Notes under the pieces: generated by a model
The model's database searches: none
The model's input: only the letters and a program-made list of their open reading frames with translations
What the model was told of the DNA's origin: nothing
Shown here: positions 49,165 to 63,581 of the stretch, in pieces
Numbering within the stretch: the first letter of the stretch is position 1
Layout: each line of letters opens with the position of its first letter
Made by a program: the position numbers and the translations under genes
Assembly: GCF_009914755.1 (NCBI RefSeq)
Contig: NC_060934.1
Source of the DNA: the human T2T-CHM13v2.0 reference genome, Homo sapiens
DNA length: 64,000 nucleotides
Reading direction: 5' to 3' (one strand)

Positions 49165-49250
49165 CATGGTTTCTCGGCTATTGATAGCTGATCCTGTGCA
49201 CTTTGCTATAACTTTATCAATACACTTCTTGTGAATTGCTGCATTGCATT
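49165..49250 (-). CDS. PRKCQ: PRKCQ exon 7 (86 bp), CNAAIHKKC...SRETM, includes Thr219
   Basis: cag|AATGC acceptor and ATG|GTGAGT donor. Confidence 0.96.
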
Positions 49251-49349
49251 CTGAAAAGAAGAAAAAAATCACAGCTTAAGATTTTCATAGCCTAAGGAAT
49301 AACTAAATAAAAAGAATGATGGTAATGCAACCAAAACCCTCTTACTTAC

Positions 49350-49381
49350 GTCGGCACTGGTAGCCCTGTTTGTTCAGGCCC
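49350..49381 (-). CDS. PRKCQ: PRKCQ exon 6 (32 bp), GLNKQGYQCR (C1A)
   Basis: cag|GGGCCTG acceptor and C|GTAAGT donor; frame-consistent. Confidence 0.95.
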
Positions 49382-50525
49382 CTGTAATAAAGCACACGCT
49401 GATTTATTTCAATGTTGGCATCAACATCAGCACCAACAGCATTTAAGAGATGGATGAGATCTCATAACCCCCTAAGATCACAGAGCAGTTTCTGATCAGC
49501 AGCCCTGTTGTATCATTTGCCAAGAGTATTAACAGAGTGTTTTTCATTTGAAGCTGCGTTTTAAAAAGTTTGATAATTAAATAAATGAGAACTGGCTGAT
49601 TTATCATCCTTGTATTTTCCAAACATATAGAGATTAAAATGCATGAATGAAAATGCATGCATCACAGACTCTTCGTAGCACGTTTCCCTGTGCTAGATTT
49701 AAAAATTCATGGCCTCGCTGAGCTCACTACAGACGAACAAAGACATCTGTAACATTTTATTTCCTCTTTCTGAGCATCTGAGAATATTTGCAACCAACAA
49801 AGTCTCACATGCAGGACCGATTCCTGAGTGACATCCATGATTAGAGAGAAAGGAGGTTCAAGTGATTAGACGAAAGCAGGCTGATGAAAACCCGCCAAGT
49901 CGATCTGGCATGTGGATACCCTGGTTACACAGGAGCTGTGCTTTAACAGTTTCTGCAGTAGCCTAAAGGGAAGAGTATCCCTTAATAGGCTAGGATGCTG
50001 AGAGCCAGAAACAGGAGTTATTTCAAGTCTCCACTCTGTCATAGCCTTTGCTATGTGGTTACTGAGGTTTAAACTGATCTGTTTGATGGCTATTAAGATA
50101 CCCAAGAGCCTCATAAGCATTTAAACCATTAGCTACAATGGCAGAGTGCTGCCTGCTGGAAAAAGTAGCACCAGCAGGGTTGGGCCATTAGGTGGGGGAA
50201 GTTTTGACTATAAAACTGGAAAACTGTTTGTAATAAAGATACCTTTCACTTCTGTTCCTTCCCACTTACCCCCAATAGCCCCCCCATTGAGGCAGAAACT
50301 AAAATCCCATGGGCATTTTTCCTGACTAGACCTGGCTTCCTCATGCACCTCTTTTATTGGATCACACCATTTGAACCTTCTCAGTTCAGGCAAGGTCCCT
50401 GACAACGCTGAGGTAGCATTTACTCCAGCACACCCCCCACAGTGGAGCATGCCAGCGTAGAGGATTAAGAAGACGCAACAAAATGCATAACCCGAAGCTT
50501 GGAGGGAGATGCCAAGTTACTGTAC

Positions 50526-50688
50526 CAGACAAACTCGTGGCAGACAGAGCAAAATGTGGGCTGTGGGAAGAAGGTGGCAGTGAACTCGTGGCACTTGACG
50601 TGGTGGACCTTTGCCTGCTTGATGGCACCCCGGCGCTGATGCAAAGCAAAGAAGCCTTCCGTCTCAAATTCATTCATGTCCTTTGTGT
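50526..50688 (-). CDS. PRKCQ: PRKCQ exon 5 (163 bp), pseudosubstrate (RRGAIKQAK) and start of C1A
   Basis: tag|ACACAAAG acceptor and TG|GTACAG donor; ORF 50465..50677. Confidence 0.96.
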
Positions 50689-52494
50689 CTACAGGAAGAG
50701 AGAGGGGAAGAAAGTGAAGTTCTGCAAAAGGACGACTCCTATTCTAAGCTGGGTCAGGAGGGGAGGGAGATGGGCAAGGGATGGAGGAGGACCAGCTCTG
50801 AGTACCTGCTGTAACATTCCAGGTACTCATTATGGTGGGTACCACACTAAGCATCTTTCCTCAAATTCTACAACACAGATTCATCATAGGGCATATTGTT
50901 AGAGGGTGAAAACAATGTTGGATTGCTGGCTCAATCCTTCGCTCCTCTTTGACTGGGCTGAGCGATATATCCTCTTCAAGTTTCAAAACCAGAGATTAGA
51001 ACTTTGAAGGGATCTATCAACCTCTCTTTGTCACCATCAATGATGACTCAGTCAGAAAAGGCAGGAAGTGGCAAAGGCTTTCCTGTCTGTAATTCTAGAG
51101 AATCACATGGTTACTGACAGCCTCTTGGGAACAGCATTTCAGAGGTGCCAGGATGCTTTATAGCAGGTTGTTGGAGACATGCTGGAGTAGACTAGGGGGA
51201 GCTGACCAGGATTTTGTGTGAGGAGAAAGGAACTTTGGGACATTGTGTCCTGGTTCCTGATGTCCACAGTGATCAGACACACCAGCTGCCAACCATATTT
51301 ACCAATGTGAAAAAGGCCAGAAAATTAATAGCTCACTGCATTTTTTTGGTGTCTAGGTAATCCTGTGCATTACCTAGTCATCAGCATCAAACCATCAGAT
51401 TCAATCTATTCATTTTACTCTGGGCTCATAAATATTGGTGAAAGTGCTTTGGATAGTCACTGTTTACAGTGCCCTATACCTGAATGACATCTTTCCAAAG
51501 GGTTGAAAAACTAAGATAGTCAAATTATGAGAATGCTCAGGATGCCCTTGCTGAAGCCCAGGTCCTCATGAAACACCAAATTGTAAGGCAGTCATGGTTA
51601 AACAGCACAGTGGACACAGCAGGTGAGAGAGAATAACACAAGGAACAGTAAAGAAATAAAAATATCCACTGCTGTAACAAAAATGATACACAAATAAATA
51701 TGTGAATAAATAAATAAGGATAATGAATTTAAATCCCAGAGTTATAATTTTGTAATAGCTTGAAGACTCTTGGATTACTTCTTCTATTTTGTTACAAATA
51801 CAAAACATTGAGGTTTCATTTAAAAAGCAGGTTCATCATATTTCACAATGAGTTAATAATATTCAAACTAAATTTCTTCTATTGTGGCTAAGCAGTGGCA
51901 GTAGCCTGACAATGCGTTTGGGGCAAATTATCTTCCAAGATACCTTATTGTCCAATCCCTAACAGTGGCTAGATTAGAAACACTCTAGGTAGACAAAGGA
52001 GGAGCTGTGTGGGTAGAAACCTCCCCCAGGAATCCAGCCACATCCCAGGACACATTGTAGGACTGAAGTCTTTTCTGTAGTGTCCGCAGATTTGTTTTAT
52101 GGCAACCCCAACTTCCAGACAAAAAGCATTTCCAGTAACCCTCTAACAGTTCCACAGATGGGACATAATACTTTGCCTAATACTTTAAGAGTAGGTAATT
52201 TTGGTCTTTTTACCTGGAACTAGGCTGGAAATAATAGATTTGGCTTGGTAAATGAGGGGTTAAATTAAGGATCACTGAGTTAATCACCTTCTTCCACAAG
52301 TTCTGGTCTAAATGTCCAAATCTATTTACAACTTGTGACTAGTATAGTAGGTCATTTGTTTATAACATGTGACTTGTTTCTATTTTGGTCCAGATGAAAT
52401 AAAATAAAATAAAAATAAGTATAAATACACTTTTAAATGCAGGGAATGAAAGTGAATTATTATGGGGACCCTATACAGGTTTTTACTGTAAAAA

Positions 52495-52620
52495 TCATAT
52501 ATGTTTATATGTATATTAAACATATTTTGTACATATATCTATACATATATGTTTATATACATATATGTCTACATATAGTTTATATTTTTATAAACTATAA
52601 ATATATAGTTATATACACAA
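52495..52620. repeat. TA-rich low-complexity tract
   Basis: Directly visible. Confidence 0.7.
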
Positions 52621-53669
52621 TTTCTACATTAGACTATAGTACTATAATTTTTTTAAAATATCAGGAATTTCTAGAAATGAATTAATACCCTGTTATTTTC
52701 TGTGATTTTCATTATTCTCTATTTCAATCATTACAAAAGAATAAATGTAAAAACATAGAATTCTTTAATTTTTTTTGTATTGACTATATTTATTTCTCTA
52801 TTTACTGGTTTGAATGAGCTCATTGGTTTTTGCAGTTTTTTTTCTTTTATACTAATGGATTCTAATCTATTTATGTGGTCTAACCTATCACTTGTTTGTA
52901 GTCAATCAAATTACAAGTTTCCTGAGCAGCTGTGAGTAAACTGCCTTGCTGAGTGTGCTGAAGAAACACATTATTCCTCACCCTTGCATGGCTAACAGTC
53001 AAGTCAGGGAGACGTGGCACAGGCACAGAACAGCCAACCTTAAGAGGCAATATATGATGGTGTGGAATAGGCTCCGAGATATGTGTACCCATATTTTTTA
53101 GGAGGTAGGAAAAGAAATGGCAAAAGAGACCAAGAAGAGGCAGCTGAAAAATTAAGAGGAAAACCTGGACAATATCACATCAGGCAAGCTGAAAAGAAAT
53201 GAAGTTTTCAGCATTGTATGATAGAGAGATATCAAGGAAATTGAAGGCTAAGAAGCAGGAACCACTTGTGAGAACTCATAATCTTGGAGACCCAGAGTCT
53301 TAGGGTCTAAGAATAGAAGTAGAAGGGAAGAAAAAGAAACTGATAAATATAAACTACTTTTTAAAGGAATGTGTTAGGGAAAGAAAAAAAAACTCAAGGA
53401 GGTAAAAAGGTGAAAAAAAAGAAGAGATGGTGTTCAAGATTGGGGAAGATGCATAATGCAGTATGTCTTGGGAATAAGGAAGAAACTGCAGAGAGAAGGA
53501 AGAGTTGAGGATGTCAGAGGTAAAGTTTATTGATAGAGCAGGACTGCTGGGATGAGAGGTGTGCAACCAAGAAAGGGAGCAGCTGTCTCTGAGGCAGAGG
53601 AGCAGGAGGAGAAGGCGGGAGGAAGCAACTGCATCCTAAAGTGTAGAGACAAACAGAAGACAGGGTCTC

Positions 53670-53990
53670 GGCTGGGCGTGGTAGCTTACAACTGTAATCC
53701 CAGCACTTTGGGAGGCCGAGGCAGGCAGATCACCTGAAGTCGGGAGTTTGAGACCAGCCTGACCAATATGGTGAAACCCCGTCTCTACTAAAAAAAATAC
53801 AAAATTAGCTGGGCATGGTGGAACATGCTTGTAATCCCAGATACTCAGGAGGCTGAGGCAGGAGAATCGCTTGAACTCGGGAGGCGGAGGTTGCGGCGAG
53901 CCAACATAGCACCATTGCACTCCAGCCTGGGCGACATGAGCGAAACTCTGTCTCAAGAAAAAAAAAATACATAAAAAAATTAAATAAAAA
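53670..53990 (+). mobile_element. AluS; TSD AGAAGA(CA/TG)GGGTCTC
   Basis: Dimer with TSD. Confidence 0.93.
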
Positions 53991-55895
53991 GAAGATGGGG
54001 TCTCTACCACTTATATTGGAGGCAAGGTCAACCTCCCAGAATCAGAGGAGATTGAGGCATCCCCAGAAACCAAGGAGGATGGGAATGGTAGGAATAGCCA
54101 TTGTGTGGGAATCAAAAAGAAATGAAGGAGATTTCTAAGTGCCAAGGTGAGTCCAGCTGAACAGTTCAGCAGGCATTCATTGTGTACTTCCTGCATGCCT
54201 CACCAGAAACTTGGCACCACAGTTAAAGGAATTAATGAGACGTGTTTTGACAGTGGCTGTTCTGCAAGGAGTTAAGAGTCCAGAGGGAAAGAAAATCGAT
54301 GTGTCAGAACAGAGGTATTCACAGGATGCTGTGGGACCACGGAAATGAGGAAACTATACCAGCTAAGGCAGGTGGAGGTAGGTGAAGGAGAGAAAGAGGG
54401 AAGTTGGAAAAGAAACGTCCTGGCAGAAATGTTTCTGTGCTGAATTCTGGACAGGTAACTCCTACTAATGTGTGGGAGAAGGTATGGTGGGGAAAAGCCA
54501 AAGGTGCTCTCTCTGGGTGGAAGGGAACAAGCAAAGCTACAGAGCTAAGGTTCCTCAGGGTGTGGGTGGGGGTCCAGCACTAGCTGGGCATTGCCAGAGT
54601 GCAGAGGGTGAAGCAGAAACGATCAGCAGTCACTTCCAGAAGATGTGTAGGTGTCAGATCAGTTTGAACACTTTCCTGCAGACAATTTGCAGATGCTGGA
54701 ACACTGCAGTAGGGGCAGAGGCTTGATATGGTCAGATTTGAGCTTGGCATCGTTACTTCTAGGACCACCATAGGAGAATGGATGGGATATGGCAGGAGGT
54801 AGTAATGATGTAATTAGATGATGAAATGGAAAAAATATTGACTAGACAACACGAACACAAATGATTGACTGATGCATTCATGTGGAAGTTGAAAGAAAAG
54901 GAGGCTATAAAAATTACTTCCAGGTTTTGTGGAGTGAGTTATTATATAATTAAGTACGATAGTAAGTTACAAAAGAAATAGGTTACTCGTGAATGTGGCA
55001 AATGTAATTTTGGATACTTAGTTTAATTTGACCCCTTAAAATGTGTAAGTACAGGAAATCTGGTCAGAGAGGTCTGCTAAGAAGCCAAACATAGAGTCTG
55101 AACCATAGGAATGTCATCTAATACCATCTGTTTGTAACACACTTAGCTGTATGACTTTTTCTAGCAAAGCCGGGGAGAATGAGAGGGGAGAATGCAAGGT
55201 TTGGAGATCAGACTATCCATGGCAAAGGGGAACTAATGAGAGCAGAGTGCTGACAAAGGCTTATCATGGGAACCAGGCTAGGTAGAGTTAATGCCAGAAA
55301 GTGGGCTAATAAATAGGGTAAAAGAGAAACTGGACTAAAGGCTAGTACTTATTGTCTGAGAATAAGGGCAGAATTGCCAGGGGAGGAAGATGAGCTCTGA
55401 AAAAGCAAGTTCTGAGTGTGAGTCCCTGGAGGTGGAGAATTCTGAGTGATGATATGTGGGTTGAAGGTTGGTTACTGAATGGATAGAGAAGCACAGGAAG
55501 GTGTGAAATAGAAAGTTGGCAGGGGGGCATGAGATGACATTGGGGAATTCTGAAGTTACAAGAGTAATAATAGGAGAACAGAGGAAGAAGAGAAAAAATG
55601 ATTCCTGCTCAAAAACCCAACAGAAGGGGATTTCAAAGAGAAAGAACAAAGTAGTCTGTTATGGAGAGCTGAGCCATTTACTTCCTGGTGAGGTAGAGGA
55701 GGTGAGGCTTCCATGGAAGAGAAACATGGGAGACATGGTATTATCTCAAGTGTTATCCAAATTTGAATTCCTTATCCCCCAATCATTTTCCTCCTCTTTC
55801 CATATCTCCCACTTCTGTGACTACCATTTTCCCAGTCTAGCTATTTTAAGAGATATTCTCAACATTTTTTCCCTTCATTCAACTTACATTTTTAA

Positions 55896-56203
<308 letters not shown>

Positions 56204-57006
56204 TAATTTTTAAAGAATTATAAAGCATTTCAACTATGTACACTTAACAGGCATTCTGTAGATATTTCATCTACTCTACCATGAAATCTCTCTGCAACAG
56301 TATTTTCTTTTAGACTGTTCCTTTTATTTTATTCCTGTAGCTACACCCTTAGAACAGATTTTTATCACCTCTCCATAACATAAGTGAAATTTTGTAGACC
56401 AATACTGTGTAATTCCTTGAGTAAGAGAAAGTATATTCTTCCCATTAGTTCAAAGCATGACCCAAGACTATGCACTCCTCTTGCCCTCCAACATCTGTCT
56501 CTGACTCTTCATTCTGGTTTCAGCAGGAGCCTGCTGGTCTACCTAGGCTGTTCTCCCCACAGCCCTCACACAAGGCATATTCTTGCTCAAGCCTTCACTT
56601 TTTCCTCCTTGTAAGGCCATCCCTCTTCTTTAGAAAACTCAACTCTTGCTAACCTTTAATGCCCACACTGTGGAACTTACTGAAATGAAAGCAACACACA
56701 CTGATCTCTTGGTTAATCAGTATTTGTGTGGTTTAGGTTATAATTTTATCTAATTGTCTAATCTGTACCACCTCTGGGTATATGTTCCCTGAGGAGAAGA
56801 ACACGTTTTGCTTTTCTGAATCCTTCAGAAGACGATTTCTTATACTAATAATGAGCTTTCTTAAAAGAATGCTCTCCTCCTTGTCATCAACAAGGAATTT
56901 TCTAGTTAGGTTATTCCATAACTTTGGTTTTTAAAATTAGATTTTTTTGACATATAAAAATTTAGAGATGGAGTGTCAATTTGGATCTAGATATAAAAAG
57001 TTTTAA

Positions 57007-57318
<312 letters not shown>

Positions 57319-57522
57319 AAAGCTTTATTCTTAAAACATTTCCTAGGCTTATGTCATTATTGTTTACGGAATATCATTGTTTTTGCCCGATTGAATTTGC
57401 TCTCTCATTCTAATAAAATATTTAAGTTCCACAGGAATAGAAGGACCATCCATGGAATTGTTTTTCAAAGCAGGGATCTTAAAATCATTTACCAAAAATA
57501 CTTGCATTCTGATGAAGGACAC

Positions 57523-57800
57523 TTTTTCTCCTTTCTTTCTTTCTTTCCTTCCTTCCTTTCTTCCTTCCTTCTTTCTTTCTTTTGAAGGACCCTTTTTCTC
57601 CTTCCTTCCTTCCTTCCCTCCCTCCCTCCTCCTTCCTTCCTTCCTTTTCTTTCTTTTTCTTTCTTTTCTTCTTTCTTTCTTTCTCCTTCCCTTCCCCTTC
57701 CTTCCTTCCTTCCTCTCTCTCACCCTCTCTCTCTCTCCCTTCCTTCCTTCCTTCCCTCCCTTCCTTCCTTTCCTTTCCTTTCTTTCCTTTCTTTCTTTCA
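57523..57800. repeat. (CTTT/CTTC)n polypyrimidine tract, the expanded tail of the adjacent Alu
   Basis: Directly visible. Confidence 0.95.
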
Positions 57801-58068
57801 CTGTATCATCCACACTGCAGTGCACTGGTGAAATCACTGCTCACTGCAACCTCAATAACCTGGGCTTAAGCGATCCTCCCACCTCAGCCTCACAAGTAGC
57901 TGGGACTACAGGCACGCACCACCAACTCTGGCTAATTTTTGTATTTTTGGTAGAGAATGGGTTTTGCCATGTTGCCTAGCCTGGTCTGGAACTCCTGAGC
58001 TCAAGTGATCTGCCCACCTCGGCCTCCCAAAGTACTGGAATTACAGGCATGAGCCACCATGCCCAGAC
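57801..58068 (-). mobile_element. AluJ
   Basis: Diverged reverse dimer. Confidence 0.88.
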
Positions 58069-58334
58069 AAGACCCTTTTTCAATTTACATTGGGTCATGA
58101 TTTAAACTAATGGGAGGAATGTATTTCTCTTATTCAAGGAATTAAACATCATTGATACTATTATTTAGGTCAGCACTTTCACATTTTATGCAAATCTGGT
58201 TATTCGGATATCCTGCAATCACTCTATTTCAGCCAACTCAAAAGTTGTACTATGTGTACTGTATATCTACACCTTCCAAGAGGAAAAATAAATAAAATTT
58301 CAGAGTACATTTTTCCCATCTCAGTAATTCTTTC

Positions 58335-58790
58335 TTTCTTTTAAAAAAATTTTATTATGGAAAATTTCAAATATACCTAAAAGTTGAGCAAATACTATAA
58401 TCAATTTTCATATATCAATCATTCAGTTTCAGCAATTATTAACTGATGGCCACTCTCTTTCAATACACCCTGTCCATCCTACACCCCATACCATTGGATT
58501 ATTTTGAAGCAAAACTATGGTATCATATTATTTTATCTAAAATATTTCAGCTATTCACTGGTTTTTCTTCAGATCGAATAAATCTTTCGCCTTTTACTAA
58601 AATATTTCAGCATATATATGTAAAAGATCAGTGTGCCTTTTAAAGAAACATAACCGCAATATTATTATCACACCTAAAAGATGAATTCACCATGCCTCAA
58701 TATCATCAAATATCTAGTGAGTGTTCAAGTTTTCTATGATTATTTCATAATATTGTTTTCTCTGATGTATTTGTTTGAATTTAGACACGG
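58335..58790 (-). mobile_element. Old L1M (MC/ME-like) fragment
   Basis: tttattatggaaaatttcaaa...ggattattttgaagcaaa...aaacataaccgcaatatt. Confidence 0.6.
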
Positions 58791-59558
58791 AGGAATTATA
58801 TATGGTAAGCCGAAACTCAGAAAGCACCATAAATGTATAAAGTTAAACTTGCTTCTTCTTGGTAGTAAAATTAATTTAGGAAAAAATGAAGTGAATTTAC
58901 CATCAGTAAGTTTACATGTCCATGCTGTGACTTAGGATTTTCTAAGTAGGGGGATTTGATTCACATACACAGCCCTGACAGCCTGTCTCAGCACATCGTA
59001 CCGGGAAATTTCACTTCTGTGGCCAAAGTCCACATGTAACATGGAATCAAAACCCTTTAGCAATGTGTTTTCTCACCTTTTCTTGTTCCTAAAAGGACTT
59101 GAGGTGACTAACTTCAAGTGTTAGCATTTTGTTACTAATTTTATGGAATATATTGATTGACTTCTTACTTATTTTGTATTCTACTGATAATATGGTAGCT
59201 TCTTAGAGCACATCATTTAACCATAGACAATGTGTACACACATAACCACACATCAACAGTCTTTTGTATTTAGACTGAATTCCCAAACTAAACTAAAGAC
59301 AGAGTATAAGAGCTTTGGGCATATGGATTCACATCACTTAAAACAAGTGCTATAAATGTTTTATATTTCTACGTTTTTCCGGCCCAGATAGTGTCTTTTA
59401 AAGTCATGCCTGAGCACCTCTGAGAATTTTAAAACAATTTTGTGCCTCTCTTTTCTCCTGATTCTCTTCTACAATAATTGCAAAGGTAAAATAAGCTGCA
59501 TTTGAGGAGAAGGCCATGCCCTCCTCACCCCCAAACAGGAAGAAGAAATGTCACTTGC

Positions 59559-59619
59559 CACTCATTTCCAGAAAGTATCTTGCATTCATTAGCATTCGGC
59601 CTTGAGGTTTCAGCTCTAA
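59559..59619 (-). CDS. PRKCQ: PRKCQ exon 4 (61 bp), LELKPQGRMLMNARYFLEMS
   Basis: ccag|TTAGAG acceptor; non-canonical G|GCAAGT donor; 61 bp keeps the frame into exon 5. Confidence 0.95.
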
Positions 59620-61600
59620 CTGGTTGGGAGAAGGAGAGAAACATCAGTCAGAATGTGAAACAAGCCCTGAGTTCAATGACATCACTGGCTACTGACGATG
59701 GCAGGAGATTTCCACCACAGAATACAATCATTGTTACTCTCCACTGTACTCAAACTCATTGTCATCAGACGACTGTAGCAACCGTGACAATCGCCTTTCT
59801 TTTCTTAAAACATCCCAGCAATTCATTAATTTTATTTGGAGAGAAAAACTTACATAAGGAAGAAATAAAATCCTAAAACAGATTCTATTTGGTTTTCTTG
59901 CCCTGTAATGCTGCGTATCTGAAGGACTGTCACAGGGCAGACCCAGATCTTCATCATGACAAAAGAATCACAGGCACTGGGACTGGCTTCCTTGGGGAAA
60001 AAGCTCTTCTTTTGGAGGGAAAGATAAATCCTGCCTCTTTGAGGCCGCCTCCAGGCCCCTGTCTTCTTTTCTACCTGGGATGCATGTCTAGGTTAATCAG
60101 GGCATTCAATGGGGATGGCTTTTCTCTTTCACAAAGAGAGATTGTATTTTTAGGAAAGTCTTGGATGGTCCACTAAAGAAAATTCTAATTACACTGATCT
60201 GGGAAGGAATTTATAAATGTATATAAATACATACTTCAGTACTGTATTATTATGTAGAAGAGGGCGGAACAAAGTGTCATTTTAAGGGATGATGTAGGAT
60301 CTCCCATAAAGTGACATAAGGAGAAGAAAGGACAAATCCAAGTTCAAGACAAGCTGAGCACTGTTGTTAATCTATTAAACCATCCCACTATGCCATTAAC
60401 AGACCAAAAAGAATAAGAAAGAAGATGACTTGAAGGTCATTATTGGTCATTATGTCCATGGGTTATCCACGTGAGCCGGAGTAACTAAGAAATAGCAAGT
60501 AATGTCCTGTGGAACTCAGGATTGAATCTGAATCGTGGCTAAATAATTTTCTGGTTATGTGACCTTGTGCAAGTCACTAAGTCTTGGGAAATCTCTGAAA
60601 AACAGACATAATAGCAATGCCTATGTCACAGCATTACTGCCATGAGAATTTTATGATAAAATAAGCTTGCATTGCTGCAACAACTATAAATTTTCATATG
60701 AGTTTCAACAGATTAATGAAAAGAAAAGTGCTTTTGACATGGCATGTATGTACCATTGTTCTCTGGCTTGTGAATAAGGAGTAAAGATGGAGGCAAAAAT
60801 GGAGATGGAAGAGCTATGGTAAGGGGCCTGCTTCCAAATGGAATAATGAAAATTGGCACCAGGTGACCACAAGGTTGGCAGTATTCAGTACTTAGTAGTG
60901 ATGGAAGAAATTAAACCAATTAGCTACTGGAAAAACAGCACCCATAGAAAGCCACATTCCAGCACATTTTGGGGAGTGAATGGGAGACAACCATGAAAAC
61001 AGTCACAACCTTGGGAAAACAAAAGGTGTCTCTCAATACGGCGTTGAGAAACATGAAAGGCAAATTTGAGAGAATCATTTTCTTTAGAGAAATTAGTGTT
61101 GGAAAAGCAGATTCCAATAGAAGCAAGGGAAAATATAAGTCCCAACAACCTGTTGGCTCTTAAAATAAAAGTAAATTAAGAAATAACCTTGGCAAAAAAA
61201 TAAAAAAGAAAACAAAAAAACCCACCAAAGCTTAAAAGTGCAAAAAATGTGCTAGTTGGTTAAATGAGCATCTGAATGCCACCATGTGCTTATGTCTAAA
61301 TAATCCTAGAATGCAAAGAAAAGTCTGTTAAGGATGAAATCAGCAAAATCCTAGGCAAGAAATCATATGCAACTTGAAGAGATACAAATAGAACAGCAAC
61401 CTGCCTATCAGTGAAGACTACTTAACAAAAAGATACTCACCCTCCGACTTATCCTTTCATTAATTGAGAAGGAAACATGAATAGAATCGTATTTTTAAAA
61501 TTGGGGAATTGACGACTCTTTAAAAAAAAAATTAGGTAGACCAAATAAACTGGTCTTCCTCAGTTTCTCCCATTCCTGCTTCTACCTAATAAAATAATTA

Positions 61601-61832
61601 GGCTCACTGCAACCTCCGCTTCCCAGGTTCAAGTGATTCTCCTGCCTCAGCCTCCCAAGTAGCTGGGATTACAGGCACCTGCCACCACGCCTGGCTAATT
61701 TTTGTATTTTTAGTAGAGACAGGGTATCGCCATGTTGGCCAGGCTGGTCTTGAACTCCTGACCTCAGGTGAACTGCTCACCTTGGCCTCCCAAAGTGCTG
61801 GGATTACAGGCATGAGCCACCACACCCGGCCC
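61601..61832 (-). mobile_element. AluS lacking its 3' ~50 bp and poly(A) tail
   Basis: The reverse Alu starts abruptly at ggctcactgc with no poly-T. Confidence 0.88.
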
Positions 61833-62091
61833 CAGGAACCCTTTTCCCAAGCCAACACACAAGTGCTGAGTAGATACTGCCCAACTAAATTACCTGGACA
61901 TATCTAAGCATGGGCCTGAGCACCTTTTAAAAAAAATCTTGGCATATATTTGTCTCTAAAGATTACTTTAGTGATACGAGCAAAGATTTTTATACTTTCT
62001 TAAAAAGCATCCATTTTTTTAGGTCAAAAATACAAAACTGACACAAAAACCTAGTTTTTAGGCTTGTATCATTCCCATTTGAAACCTGTGA

Positions 62092-62205
62092 CTTGAAAAT
62101 CTTCTGGGAGGATTTCTTAAAATCTGAGTTCTTGAAAATCTTTTGGGTGGATTTCTTAAAATCTGAGTTTAAAATCTTTTGGGTGGATGTTTAAAAATCT
62201 GAGTT
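62092..62205. repeat. 39-bp minisatellite, about 3 copies
   Basis: cttgaaaatcttytgggwggatttcttaaaatctgagtt repeated at 62092, 62131 and 62170. Confidence 0.92.
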
Positions 62206-63117
62206 ATAGAAAGTAAGAAGCAGAAAGTCAGGATTCTCTCCTTTGGCACAGATGATATAAACATTTGAAAACATTTTCTGGATTTCAGATCATGTAAAAG
62301 CAGTTTCTTACTGATATATTTTCTTTTATTTTGTGCCCCAGAAATTTTCATTGGAATTTTTTTAACGCTTTGATTATTTTACTCCTCCTTTTAACATTTC
62401 TAAATATTTACTACCATAATCCAGGTTTTTGACAACTTGGTGTGCTAAGATGAATTGTGTATGATGCACTTCTTAGTCAAAGTAAGCTAAGTTCATTACA
62501 GCTGAAAAAAATTGTAGGAATTGTCAAAGTATAGAGAGAGAAGACCAAACATTAAATGGATCTTTGTTCTATCCTCTCGCATTCTGATAGCTTTTTACTT
62601 ACTTTAAAAGTGTATTGATGAAGTTTAATAAAATTAAGATTTTGATATCTTAACGTGTTCTGAGTCTACTGGGTTAAACAAGTAATTTCTAAGTTAAAAA
62701 GCATTAGAGTTGTTGTTTCATAAATCTTGATTAAGTTTTATATACAAATATTCTTCCCAAAACTGAAAAAGTGAATGAAACTGACAACTGGATTGATAGA
62801 CAAAAACTCATCCCCCACTTAAGGGGAATTTGAGATATTCCAAGCCTGCTTTAACAGTTTTAAATAATTTATCATAGTCTAAGAGACTTTCTACATCTCT
62901 TTGATGTAGGCATCAAAGAGATCTGAAGATGTCAATGTGTTCTACAGCCCATAAAGAATAACCATCGCCATTATCAAATCACCAGTAGGAAGTGGTAGGG
63001 AGCCTGGTGACCTGAGGCCAGTGTAATCACACCCTCAGATTGACATGGGAGTTCTGAGCCAGTCATCGGCTACCATCATGCTTATCCCTTATGTGCATAC
63101 ACTTTATGCAACGTTAC

Positions 63118-63317
63118 CCATATTTCTGTCTTCCCGTTGTTCTTCCTGCACCTCTCAGCCAGCGAGTAGAGCTCCACGGTGGTTTCAGAGATGAGGTCCA
63201 CGTTTTTGCCTTTCACAATGATCTGCATGACTCTTCCCTTGTTGATATGGGCATCAAAAGTGCTGTCCCAGGGTGGGTACATGGTAGGCTTTTTCTGGAT
63301 ATACATCTGCCCGTTCT
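63118..63317 (-). CDS. PRKCQ: PRKCQ exon 3 (200 bp), C2-like domain ENGQMYIQKK...KTEIW, includes Tyr90
   Basis: tag|AGAACGGG acceptor and TGG|GTAACG donor; overlaps ORF 63082..63306. Confidence 0.97.
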
Positions 63318-63581
63318 CTAGGAACAGAAACGTAAGGTCTCATTATTCCTTCAGCCAGGCCTGGAAAATAATTCAGTTCAACTCAACAGTAGCACCTGCT
63401 CCCTCTGTTCTCTGGGATATAGAATTCTGTTGGGAAGACAAAAGTAGCACATAAACAATCAGAGACAATATGGGACAGAATGAGACAGTCCCCGGGTCCA
63501 GATGCAAGGTGATGCATTGAACCTTATAAGTCCAGCGTTGATAATTCAGACAACAATCTGCTAATGCCTTGGACTGGAAAT

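Noticed and set aside
50514-50525. Competing donor GTAACT 5 nt downstream of the weak exon 5 donor
   Set aside because: It would shift the frame, and nothing in the sequence indicates it is used.
57364-57979. Long KERK- and FLPS-rich ORFs
   Set aside because: These are translations of the pyrimidine tract and the Alu.
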